Of a stretch of DNA of 64,000 bases, positions 39,271 to 51,765 are shown piece after piece. Numbering within the stretch: the stretch's first letter is position 1; each line of letters opens with the position of its first letter. The DNA is from Gnetum montanum (taxonomy: Eukaryota; Plantae; Gnetophyta). A program made the translations under genes and the position numbers. Where the stretch lies: contig MNCI01003484.1 of NCBI GenBank assembly GCA_015680685.1, positions 472,551-536,550 of the forward strand, read 5' to 3'. The notes under the pieces are model-generated. The model was not told where the DNA came from. It searched no databases and saw only the letters and a program-made list of their open reading frames with translations.

Positions 39271-42200
39271 TGTTACAAATTCACAAACTCTTGTTATGTT
39301 ACGTTAAATTTTCATTTACATGTCACAAGTTACAATTTTGATTCATGCCTTCTCATTACTTTCCCTTTTTACAAATATTTGATTTACATTTTATTCTCTC
39401 ATTTTACATTCATCTACACGCATATGTTCATGATAATTCTTGAGAAGACAAGAAAAACAATGAAAAAAATAAAAATAGAAAGAGAAAACATATAAAAATA
39501 AAAAAATATATATTGAACGTCAATATGGTAATAGAATTCCAACACATTATGCCATGATTAGATCCATATCATTACATCTGTTCATCATATATTTCCATTA
39601 AACATCCAAAAATCCAAAACATTTAATAGCTAAAGTTGGATTAACAATAAGCTCATGCATCAGTACTAGGAGGGGCCTGGCCCCCAAAATCCTCATCATC
39701 ATTGGCTCTCACTCCATTGGGGCCAGCTCCATCATTAACATGTTCCTATAACAAAACAATAAAAAAACAAAAAAAATAGGTAAGAGTAATAAAACAAATC
39801 AAGAATACAAAACCAAGAAAAAGTAACACTCACACTAAAAACAAAAAAACCATACAAAAGTAAGAACCATAATAAAACACTCACAAGTTAGGAGGGCCTT
39901 AGGCTGGCCTCAAAACGCCATAGAATCTCCTCCTTGAGCACATCTGCCCAATCCTCCTCCAAGCCAAGATCAATACCAGCCAAGGTTTTACCCTTGTCCA
40001 CCGAGGTTTAGGTAGGGTGCTCAAGAGAGAACATGCCTATTGAAGCCTCCCTGGAAGTGGTGGTAATAGTTCTCTTGGGAGATCCTTCCATCTTGGTGCA
40101 CTCGGCAAACCTATCATAAGCAGGATGCAAGCCTAGTCCATCAATGAAAATTTCCATCCGACGATGTTCAACTGATTCCTCCTTTAACCACTTCTTGTAC
40201 TGATGCTTGCGATCCTTTTGATCTTGATCCCACTTATGTACTTTAGGAGAAAAGGATTTCCAATCATGACATTTCCTATTTAGCAAATCCATCTATGCCC
40301 TTTGTTCAGCTAAATCCCGTGTTGCTTGTACTTTGTTGTTCAAAATTGTCCAGTAACGTGCATAGGTGATCTCAGACGTGCACCAAGTACTATCACTAGA
40401 CAACCTAGCAGTAGCAAAATCATAACAAGATTGAAGATCCCTCTTTGCCTCTCTCTCCTTTGCCAATGTTTCCTTCAATGAGTGCACCTCATCCCATAGA
40501 TACTCAACTGAACGCCTACAAGTCCATAGCGACTTAGCATTTTGTACGACACAACCAGAAACTACATCGTAAACCTTTCTAGGGACTTGTTCAATATTCC
40601 TTGACAATTCAGGGAGGGCATCAATATGAGTAGGCTCAGAAGGATCCCATTGAAGCTTGGTGGCTACATGTATAAGTACCACACACATGAATCAACTATA
40701 ATTAACAACGAATGAAAAGAAACACAATAAACCCAGACACTTAGCATAATATGTAACATACACATACCTAGTTCTAGATGAGCTTGTTGTAGGCGTGTGA
40801 CCACATCGTTAACGATGCCTGTGATAAAGTCCATTTTACTAGGCATCTCAAGCCATGGCCTTAGCTGGTTAGTGGATGTTGGACAAGCATGGGAGGTCAC
40901 CTCAATTAGAGCCTGTGACCTTGACACCTCTGCCCGGGATGTATGTGCCTTAGAAACCTTAGCATCTACCTCTGGTGTTAGGAATAATTAAGATAATCAA
41001 AAACAACACATAAAAGTTAAAGGGTACAAAATGTGAATCAAGCTAAAAGGAACATACCAAAAAGCCCTTTGCCAGTCAGCTTGGGTGAATCACCAAGTTG
41101 CAAAGATCCATCGAAGAAACCATCAAAGACACCCCTCTCATCTCTTAAATGCTTAAGTGCATCCAAAGCCTCCGTAAGCTTTGTCCCCATGATGCTTCTT
41201 ACATCTTCTTCTTGTGAGACAGGAAGTTCCTCGATAGCTTCTTCCCTCTCTTTTCCTTCTTCCCCTGGCCCTGTGACAACCACTTCAGGTTCAACCATCA
41301 AGGCTAAGGCTTCTCTCTCCCTCTCGGGAATTTCCTCTGATAACACCAGAATCCTAGTGTTAGTATGACATAGCATATATGTACGTTTAATAAACATATA
41401 AACTAAAACATAGTTATGTATATATATATATAATAAAATAAAATACTTACCCTCCACTGGCAATACAAAGCAAATCCTCTTCGCTCTTGGTGGTCTCACC
41501 TTTGGGGAAGGCTCCCATGGGTGTTCATTTCTCTTCACCTTCACCTTGGATCTCCCAATGGTCTCATGAATTAGATGTTCAGCCCCTTTAACAGATGTGT
41601 GCGGTATAGGTGGTTCCAATCCCAAGCTATCATAGGAATGATGAGAATGACTAGCTACAGCCCCAGTAGTAACAAACATTGATTCTTCGATGCCTTTGTG
41701 TGGGTCCTGAGGTCTAGTGGTGCTAAACAAATGGTGAATCCAGGGGTGGGACAACTGTGAATGATCCCTCAATATATAATGGTTATCATCATAAACTACT
41801 AGGAACTCATCAAACCTATGTAGGTACCCTATGAAGAAGGCGAATGTGAAATGGGATTTGGCATTGATGTTTGAGCATAATCTAACAATCTCTCCACGAA
41901 AGCCAGACCCAAGAAATTGTGCCTAGTTATAATTCACGCCCATCTCTAGGATCGCACGTATGATATGCGCGGACTCGATCCCAAGGTTTCTTCCTTGAGA
42001 AAGAGATTTAGGGAATGCCCGTGCCTAAAAGAGAGGGTACAAGAATTTCACCTCCATTGATCGAGTATCATTTTTCATGGCAAAACCATTGGGACCCTGA
42101 GACACACCTAACCAATCTTCAAGCTCCTTTATGATTTGGCTTTGTTTAGTCGCTTTCTTTACTACCACTCTGGCACCTTCCATAGGCACATCAAAAATAT

Positions 42201-42544
42201 TGGAAAGGGACTCAATAGTCAAGTGGAAAGACACCTTGACTCCTCAAACCCGTGTGGTGAAATGAGAAGCATTGTCACTAAAAGAATCAACAATGGTAAC
42301 CATTTCAGTAGCTAAAATATTAGGAGTCAGAGCAGTGAACAAGTCCATCAAACCCACATGGGTAAAACGGCTGATGACTAACTCAGAGGCCTCATTTGCA
42401 ACCATTGTTATGACTGTTCTTTCTCTCCATACTTCATAAAAAGAGTGGCCTCAGTGCGCCCTAATATGATGGTAACTTCATTAGAAGAGACAACCGCTGT
42501 AGAAAAAAGGGAAAAGAAAACATAGTGCGAAAGGTTAAAAAAAT

Positions 42545-44416
42545 TGTACTGATCGAAATCGTCGGTGTAAGGCTGGAAGGGAAAAACAAACACCGATAGA
42601 TCATCGAACAAACACAACTGCCCCTACCTCTGCATGAGGGTGAGCTGGAAAAGGAAACAAAGGTAGAGTGCCTTGGATGGTCTACACGCAAATCAACCAA
42701 GGACTTCCCTGAATGTAAGCTATGGCTTGCATTGGGGTTATCGTAATGGATGTTCGAAATGTAAATAGTTGCGCATGAAATGCAAATAGAGCGTATACAT
42801 AACTGGTATTGTAAACAAAGTGTAAACTAAATTTAAAACAGAGTAAGAAATATAATGGAAGGAAAAAATGAACTGTATTGTATTTCTTAGAATGAATGTG
42901 CACCGGTCAAAGTGTAGCTGCACGTGTGGATGGCAAGTTAACTGCTAAGCCCCAGGGTGATATGCTTGCAGGTGCTTGGATGCTAGGAGTCAAGTGCGCT
43001 CGAGCATTCAAAAGTTGCTAGTCAATGTTTCCTAAGCCGTCAACCTTCAAAATTGCCAACCCTCTTTATGTGAATTGATAGGGTATTTATAGGGTTTGGT
43101 TAGGCTTGGGCATAGAATTCATGGATGGAATCAATGGCTGAGAGATGAAAGGAAACTGGATCAAGTGACACGTGTCTGATGGACAATTGTGTGTGAGTTG
43201 GATGTGTGTGGGCAAGCTACGTTTTTGACCAGGTGCATTGTATCTTACATCGTGTGTTAGCTTACTCAAGCTAGCTTACACTCATGGAAGCACATACAAT
43301 TTTGGAGCATAAGAGCTTGAAAATCTTACAAATGATGAACATTTACAATGAAAATGATAATGTACAACAAGATAGATCAACTCCGTCTCGCTTGAAACTT
43401 GTTGATCCTTGAATTCATTGTTGCAGGATGTCGATTCGAGTGGTTTTGTGGCTGTTTGAGGCATCTCTATTTCACCAGGACTTCCAACGTGAGTTGATTT
43501 TATCTTGGTGTGTCCTCAGTGTCAGTTTGGTGTGCTTTTGATCGAGTGTGATCAGTACTCATGCTACACTCACGGTACCAGCGTGACCTCAGCGTGAGTG
43601 AGCCAAAATGACATATTTCACACCAAATTTTGATTTTTGAAGCTTGGTTCTTGAGTGCAAAAATTTCTTGAATTTGGTTAACCTTAAGAGTGATCTAAAA
43701 ATCAAAAATTAAGCTTGAGAGTGACTTGTTTTGAGCCACTTTTGGCAGCTCACCTTGGACTCATGCTACCAGCGTAAGTGCAACGTGACCACAGCGTGAG
43801 CCACAAAAACTTACAATTTTGGACCTAAAATCTAGAATTCTAGAGGTTGGAACCCATAGTTATCAATAGTGAACCCTAAGGATGACTTGCACCCTTGAAA
43901 TCAAGTCATTTCGACTTAGTTTTAAGGCTCTGAAAGTTGCTCACATCTCATGCTGTCAGCGTGACCACAACATACGTGATAAAAAATTTGTGATTTTGGA
44001 CCTGAAATCTAGCATTCGAGAGGCTAGGACCCATAGTTATCAATAGTGAACCTTGAGGATGACTTGAACCCTTGAAATCAAGTCATTTTGACTCGGTCTT
44101 GAGGCTTTGAAAGTTGCTCATGCTGGACTCACATTGTCAGCGTGACCTTAGCATGAGTAATAGTGTGAGTGTGAAAATATGAATAATTTGTCTCAAAATT
44201 TGAATTCTTGAATGCTGAAAATTGGAGTGGACATCAGTGGCCTTGGTTTGGACCATTTTTGTCTTGACTTCGAAGCTATTGAAGTTGCTCACGTTGAGGG
44301 CAAGCTAGCTTGACAGCGTGAGTTCCATGTCTTGGTCAAATTTTACCTCCCGAATGTTTGAAAGGGCTTAACTCGTTCTTATTTCAAAGCGTTAGGCCAA
44401 AATTAGTGGTGTTTTA
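42545..44416 (-). repeat. 3' LTR of nested element (1872 bp)
   Basis: Matches 49878-51765; adjacent to the PPT; contains an internal duplication of about 180 bp (43815/43995). Confidence 0.93.
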
Positions 44417-45929
44417 TTGGCCCCTCTTTGTTGACTTCTGAAGAAATCCACCTGAGAGGCATTGACAAAGAAGTGCAAAACACCATGAACAAACAAGTAC
44501 CAAGCATTATCCATCGGCCCCTGGCCGGATGTCATCGCACCGTATTCAAAATTACATGGGATTGGGGAAGTGCAGTTCAAGATGCATGGGGATTGGTTGT
44601 AATTGGGGAATTAGGATTTACTCAAGGGTTATAATTTCTGTTGGAATTGTGGGAGAGGAATGCTCTCACATGAACAAGCCGTATCTTTAGTTCTTGTCAG
44701 TAGCCGATTTTCTGCAGACTTGAAACAAAGACATAGGAAATGCATTCTTTGGAGAAATGGGACTTTTGTAGAGTGTTTATAGGAGCCCATTGTAAACATC
44801 CAAAGCCATGCAATGATGTGCGAAATGATCGTTTGAGACATGAGTGTAACTGTTTTCTTTCAAAACAATTACCTTCCCTCTTGGGGCTTGTATGAGAAGA
44901 GCCAATGGTCTTTGGTCTATGATGTCAACGGGGTCATGAAGACCTTCTCCGTGCATTTTGCTCTTTGATAATTTTGTTATTTTTCTTTTTTTTCTTGTTT
45001 TTTTTTCTTTTCTTTTCTTTTTATTCTTTTTTTGGAAGAGCTTGCTTTTAGTGTTGTTCTTGTGCTCATGCACTTGCATTTGTATCGTGTACTGTGTACT
45101 ATGTTTTAAGTTGCAATTGCTTAGAGAGTTATAGTGTGCAACAATGTATCAAGAGCTTTGGGGTGAGTAGAATGTATCCAGGGGGTGTAATTAAATAGGA
45201 TAAAGAGAACATGATGGGGAATAGGGAATGTATCAGGAGTCAGGAATGTACTTATGAATGGATTGATTAACCCAGTTGTAGGCGTTAGGAAGAATGTGAT
45301 ACCTCATCATCATGATGAAGTGCATCTATGCACAAACGCCTCAGGTGTGTTATCCTACAAATACAACTCCAAGAAGACAAGGAAACCACAAATGATTTGG
45401 TTAGCTAAGCACTTTAAACTTGAGAACAGCCAAGGAGATGGAGCCACCATGTGCAATTTTCAAGGTAGACAGAATCATGAACATTAGCTTCATTAGGGTC
45501 TGTGAGACAAATGGTTAGCGAGTCTTTGTAGAGCAGGTACAACCAATTGTAGCAATGTGTCTTTTCAAGTATTTCCTAGTCGTTGACGATGTTGCCAGTT
45601 TATAGTCTTAGTGGACTGTTGTGGGTTAGTTTCACATCATAACCCTTTGGATGGCATCAGTTTAGCATCGTAGCGGACGATACAGTGATAGTTTATAGTC
45701 ATAATAGATTGTGAAGAGGCAAACCAGTTTATAGTCTTAGTGGACTCTGGGTGCTATTTTTACATCATGGTGGATAAATGTGGCATTTTAGTGTCATACC
45801 AGATAGAGCTCGGTGGTGTTGGTTTATTTTCATGACTCCAAGACATTCTGTGATGCTAGTTTGGAGTCATAACCCCAGGACCGTTCTATGGTATCAGTTT
45901 TAGGTAGTGATGCTAGGACCATTACGTAC

Positions 45930-48900
45930 CTCAAGTTGATGTAGGATTAGCGAACTCCTTTCTGTCCATGTCAGAAAATTTGAATGCTCTGTTATTGTAT
46001 GCCTCGGTGACTAAGTATAGCCCTCCCTAGTTAGTTAAGAATTTATCTAGATGTTCACGGATGGCCTTAAGGACTAGGTCTCCCTCCTTGATCGGGCATT
46101 GATTAGGAAGTGTGCAAGGCTCATGATCCTGTGGGAAGCTATTGGCTTCAACCACTCGTTCGAGTGTGTTAACCTTAGGCATTGCATTGGTTTTTATAGG
46201 TGTACCACCAAGAAACTCCTCTTCTAAAACTTGCGCCATGTCTACATCATGGATAGTTGAAGAGGAAGCGTTATCACCATGGATGATAACTTGACCACCT
46301 TCGTATGAAAGGTGGATTTCTTGGTGGATAGGAGAGGAGATGGCCCTTAGTTGGGCTAGCCAAGGCCTACCTAGAATCATGTTGAAACTTGACATCTCCT
46401 CTATGATAGTGAAATCTACACTAGTGGGGAATTGTTCTCTTTCCATAAAGGCTAACTTGATTGTATCCTTAACTATGAAACATGATCCGTTGAAGGATTT
46501 TAGACATGTAATTTTGGTTGGCCTGATTTCATCTGCCATACCTAGCTTGTTGATGACAGAGTACAAGACTACGTTTGTTGCTACACCATCATCAATGTGC
46601 ACTCTGCAAATGGTGTGTTGCCCAGCATGTACACTAATTGACAGGGGAGCTATAGTAACTTCCCCTCGTTCGGGGTTGACTTTAACTACATCATCTCAAA
46701 AGACTAGGGTTGTCGAACCCAATTCTTGTGGTGTAGGGGGTAACATCATTGCATGAATGGATGCCTCATCTACAGAGGTATTCTCTATAATAGGAATGGA
46801 GGTCAAGATCTTGGCCAATGCTTGGCCATGAGTAGATGCAGTCATGACTAGGTCGTACAAGCTCAACGTTGCGTTCTTTTGCTTGAGTGCTTGTTTTACC
46901 TAGGTTAATGCAGCTATAAAGTCCTTATCATTAGCCGTTGTGTTGGCCTTGATTTTCTCCATGTGACTTGAAAGATAGATCTCTCGTGAAGGGGACTTGG
47001 GCTTGGTTTGCTTGGCCTGCTTAGGGTAGGGATCCTAGTCTTTAGTTTTTTTTTGTTATTTGTGGCCTTTTCTTTGACCATGGGGGTTGGGAGGTGCTCA
47101 TTTCTCATCTTGCATTTCCATTTGGTGAGCTTACCCAGGTTGCTAGTGGGGTCTACCCTTGAGGGAGGAGGGATCGATATTTTGCCCACTATTGGGCTTC
47201 AAGTAGGTGAGGGGCCATCACGTTGTGGCATCCTTATGATAAAGGGTGGCTTAGGAGTTGTTGTAGGGGTTGTTGTGTGACTAACTTGTTGTGGCACTTT
47301 AATGATGAAAGGTCACCTAGCAGTTTTTGTTGCTACGTCATGCTAGTTTAATGTCTTAGCAGACGATTGTTGTGGAACCTTGACCAAAAAGGGTGTTTTG
47401 GGTGCTTGAGGTGGCACTTTGAAAACAAATGGAGGCCTCTTGCTTGTGGATGCTATGAGGACCTTTTCCTTGTTAGGAGGCACACAGATCACAAAAGGTT
47501 GTTGCACAAGTTTGGGCTTGCCACCTATGCTAATTGAGTTTATAACATAAGAGGCATCATCTATTTTGGATTGACTTGTCATGTCAATCACTAGTTGTCC
47601 TTGTTCTATCATTCTTTGTAGGTCATCCTACAAAGCACAATAGTTGTCTGTACTATGACCAACCATTTGATGGTAATGATAGTATTGGTCCAATTTAAAA
47701 TGTTGTGGGACCGGGGGCTCGTTTGGCCTTACTAATGTGGGGTTCCTTAGTAGTTCATAGTACCTATCATGTTTTTGGTAGGTAATCACCGATACGTGTT
47801 TGTGTTGGATTTGCCTGGCTTTCAAGAGTTTCTCTAGTAGTTCAGAGGGTTGCATCGGTAGTGGTGTATATTTTGAGCGATCCTTGTGCTAAAAGTTGGG
47901 CCTTGGGGTGGCCCCTACCGATGTAGGTGAGTTTGGCTGAGGCTTTCTACTGCTTAGCTGTTGGGGCCCAGTTGGTTGTTTTTGTGTTTGCAGCAACTAT
48001 TGCTACTATTGTGTTCTACTTGTGAGCATGTTGGTTTCTGTAGGCCACATAAGCTGGGTCATTACTTGATTACGCCACCTCTTCTATGTTCTTAATTCGT
48101 GTGAACACTTGAATCAAAGTATGGGCACTCAAATAATAAAGTTTTGATTTAATAAAGTCATTCATGGCTACCTTAAGGATGGTAAGAAGATATGTTTCAG
48201 GGATGGGCTCATGAAGTTCATTCCGAGCAGCACTCCACCTTTGGATAAATTTTTGCATAGGCTCTAACGACGCCTATTTAATCTAAATCAAGTTATCTAG
48301 TGTGGCTTCAGGTTTTAAATTATATTTGAAATGGGTAACAAACTAATGTAACAAATATTCTAGAGAGGATATGGAGTTACATGGTAAAGCTCGGTACCAG
48401 TCTAAGGCTTTTCCCATTAAGGACATAGAAAATACGCTCAGAATTGCATGAGGCCAGGCCTGAAGAAGTTAACATTCTAGTTGAAATGTTACTAGATGGT
48501 TGTTTGGATCTCCCTCTTCATTGTACTTGGTTAGTTGAGGTAATGAGATTTCCTTTGGAAAGGTTAATGGTGGAACTAAAGGGTGGATTGGGTCATGTTG
48601 GTAGAAGTCCAACACCTTGATTTCCTCAGTGTTTGTGGTTTTAAGGCACTTTACCTCTTCATTAAAAAGTGCATCATTTTCTTTGTGTCTACCCACTCTT
48701 GGGCAGTAGGTAGACTAGTGGGTTGAGTGGATTGCAATTGATAGTAATTCGACTATTGCAACATTTGTGGAAAGGGAGACTGTTGGATTGTCGGTTGTTG
48801 TGGTGGAGCAACGTTTAGAGATGGTATTATAGAGTGTGGTACATTGTAGTGAGTAGTTTGGTATTGCTGAACAGCTGGTGAGACCCACTGCCTAGCCATA

Positions 48901-49415
48901 CTTTGTGAGGTGGCACCCTGAATGTGTTGTGCTAAAGTAGTCAGAGGTGCCCCATGGGTCTGTACTTGTGGTATGTAATGAATGGACATGGAAGCTGGTA
49001 CTTCTTGTTAAGAGAACGATCCTCAAGTGTATGCAGATGAAGGAGGAAACATAGTTTCTTCTAGAAAAGGTTGGAATAATGGATTTTTATGGGCATGAAG
49101 ACTGATGGTATGGTATGAATCCCCATGCTCAGATTGGGCGTCAAAGTCATCTTTCCCATCTCCACTCTAAGGCTCTATCGGAGGTGGCTATAAGGCTTGA
49201 CTCCTTGCCATGCGAAGCTAAGATATGAGTCAATGATGGGGCTTAGAAAGGGGGATTATGTTAAATGCTAAGGGAGTGAACTCACAATCTCCCTTGTAGA
49301 TGAGCTCATAGTTTCGCTTTGCTTCTCTTTCTATGCGATCAATAGGCAAGTTGGCTTGGATTTTTACACAAATGAAGTTATATTGTTCAGGTGTGAGGAT
49401 GTGGGGAGATTCCAT
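45930..49415 (-). pseudogene. gag-pro: gag-protease fused in frame to the integrase C-terminal GPY/F region
   Basis: MESPHILTPEQYN start; capsid KYNEEGDPNNHL; knuckle YYHYHQMVGHSTDNYCAL; PR HIDDGVATNV...FNMILGRPWL running in one ORF into CPIKEGDLVLKAIREHLDKFLTN, homologous to outer INT C-terminus CLIKEGELFLKVIHEHPDKFSAN. Confidence 0.9.
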
Positions 49416-49419
49416 AGTA

Positions 49420-49740
49420 CCGTGAGCAAGCTAGCTTATCAAGTTGGGGCATGAGTGACTGGGCGTAGTATGAGTAACCTCAGCATGAGTGACTGGGCTT
49501 AGCGTGAGTAACCTCAGCATGAGTGACTAAGCTCAGCATGAGTAACCTTAACATGAGTGATTGGTCTCAGCGTGAGTGACTGGTCTCAGCATGAGTAACC
49601 TCAGCATGAGTGATTGGTCTCAGCATGAGTAACCTTAGCATGAGTAAGCTGAGCATGCCCAGCATGAGCAAGCTGAGCATGCCCAGCATGAGCAAGCTGA
49701 GCATGCCCAGCATGAGCAAGCTGAGCATGAGTAAGTCAAG
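49420..49740 (-). repeat. 5' leader tandem repeats of nested element (about 35-bp and 24-bp units built on AGCGTGAG/AGCATGAG)
   Basis: cagcatgagtgactgggcttagcgtgagtaacct several times; gagcatgcccagcatgagcaagct x3. Confidence 0.85.
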
Positions 49741-49854
49741 CTAGGCGTGTGTAAGCTAGCTTGACAAGCTAAGGTTTAGTTTCAACACTTGGTCTGTGTA
49801 GCGTTTAACAAGTAGTGTGATAAATGTTCTAATAGGATGATAAACAAGTTCAAG

Positions 49855-49871
49855 CCCTCCTTCTAGCGCCA
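49855..49871 (-). promoter_or_regulatory. PBS (tRNA-Asn) of nested element
   Basis: Reverse complement TGGCGCTAGAAGGAGGG, 6 nt from the LTR end. Confidence 0.88.
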
Positions 49872-49877
49872 ATTTAC

Positions 49878-51765
49878 TATACTGACCGAAATCGTTGGTG
49901 TAAGGCTGGAAGGGAAAAACAAACATCGATAGATCATTGGATAGACACAGCTGACCCTGCCTTCATGTGAGGGCGAGCTGGAAAAGGAAACAAAGGCAGA
50001 GTGCCTTGGATGGTCTCCACATAAATCAACCAAGGACTTCCCCAAATGTAAGCTATGGCTTGTGCTAGGGTTATCATAAGGGATGTTTGAAATGTAAACA
50101 GTTGCACATGAAATGCAAATAGAGCATATATAGAACTGGTATTGTAAACAAAGCCTAAACTAAGTTTAAAATAGAGTAAGCAATATAATGGAAGGAAAAA
50201 ATGAACAGTATTGTATTGCTTAAAATGAATGTGCCCCAGTCAAAGCATAGCTGAGCATGTGGATGGCAAGTCAAGCACTAATCCTCGGGGTGATATGCTT
50301 GTAGGTGCTTGGATGCTAGGAGTCAGGTGCGCTCAAGTGTCCAAAAGTTGCTAGTTAGTGTTTCCTAAGCCATCAACCTTCAAAATTGTCAACCCTCTTT
50401 ATGTGAATTGATAGGGTATTTATAGGATTTGGTTGGGCTTGGGCACGAAATTCATGGATGGAATCAATGGCTGAGAGATGAAAGGAAAATGGATCAAGTG
50501 ACACGTGTCTGATGGATAGCTATGTGTGAGTTGGACATGTGTGGGCAAGCTACGTTTTTGACTAGGTGCATTGTATCTTATAGCATGTGTTAGCTTACTC
50601 AAGCTATCTTACGCTCATGGAAGCACATACAATTTTGGAGTGTAAGAGCTTGACAAGCTTACAAATGATGAAAATTTACAATGAAAATGATAATGTACAA
50701 CAAGATAGATCAGCTCTGGCTCACTTGAAACTTGTCAATCCTTGAATTGACTACTGTAGGATGTTGATTCAAGTGGTTTTGTGGCTGTTCGAGGCATCTC
50801 TATTTCACTAGGACTTCCAGTGTGAGTTGATTTTGTCTTGGCGTTTCCTCAACATGAGTTTGGCATGCTTTCGACCAAGCGTGATCTGTACTCATGCTGC
50901 ACTCACGCTGGCAGCGTGACCTTAGCATGAGTGAGCCAAAAATGATATATTTCACACCAAATTTTTATTTTTGAAGCTTGGTTCTTAAGTACAACAATTT
51001 CCTAAATTTGGTTAACCTTAAGAGTGATCTGAAAATAAAAAACTGAGCTTGAGAGTGACTTGTTTTGAGCCACTTTTGGCAGCTCACCCTAGACTCACAC
51101 TGCCAACGTGAGTGCAACGTGACCATAGCGTGAGTTGTAAAAATTTGCAATTTTGGACCTGAAATCTAGAATTCTAGAGGCTAGGACCCATAGTTGTCAA
51201 TAGTGAACCTTGAGGATGACTTGCACCCTTGAAATCAAGTCATTTTGACTTAGGTTTGAGGCTCTGAAAGTTGCTCATGCTGGACTCATGCTATTAGCGT
51301 GACCTCAGCATGAACATAGCGTACGTGACAAGAACTCTATGATTTTGGACCTAAAATCTAGCATTCTGGAGGCTGGGACCCATAGTTATCAATAGTGAAC
51401 CCTGAGGATGACTTTCACCCTTGAAATCAAGTCATTTTAACTTGGTTTTGAGGCTCTAAAAGTTGCTCACGTTGGACTAACAATGTCAGCATGACCTCAA
51501 TGTGAGTAATATCGTGAGTGTGAAAATATAAATAATTTGTCTCGAAATTTGAATTCCCGAATGCTAAAAATTGGAGTGGACATTAGTGGCCCTGGTTTTG
51601 ACCATTTTTTTCTTGACTTTGAAGCTATTGGAGTTGCTCATGTTGAGGGCAAGCTAGCTTGATAGCGTGAGTTCCATGTCTTGGTCAAATTTTGCCTCCC
51701 GAATGTTCGAAAGGGCTTGAGTCGTTCTTGTTTCAAAGTGTTAGGCCAAAATTAGTGGTGTTTCA
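49878..51765 (-). repeat. 5' LTR of nested element (1888 bp)
   Basis: Starts TGAAACACCAC on the minus strand, ends CAGTATA (CA>TA); internal duplication of about 190 bp (51150/51340). Confidence 0.93.

Larger units (their letters stand above)
42545..51765 (-). mobile_element. Nested non-autonomous LTR retrotransposon related to the outer element (gag-PR plus integrase C-terminus only), 9221 bp
   Basis: LTRs 49878-51765 (5') and 42545-44416 (3') are homologous to the outer LTRs. PBS 49855-49871; PPT 44417-44429 identical to the outer aaagaggggccaa; flanks aaaat/aacat (TSD 4/5); no RT, RH or INT core. Confidence 0.93.

Noticed and set aside
41354-41355. First AG after the TACTAAC branch site as the intron 4 acceptor
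   Set aside because: Too close to the branch point and out of phase; the AG at 41338-41337 restores the frame.
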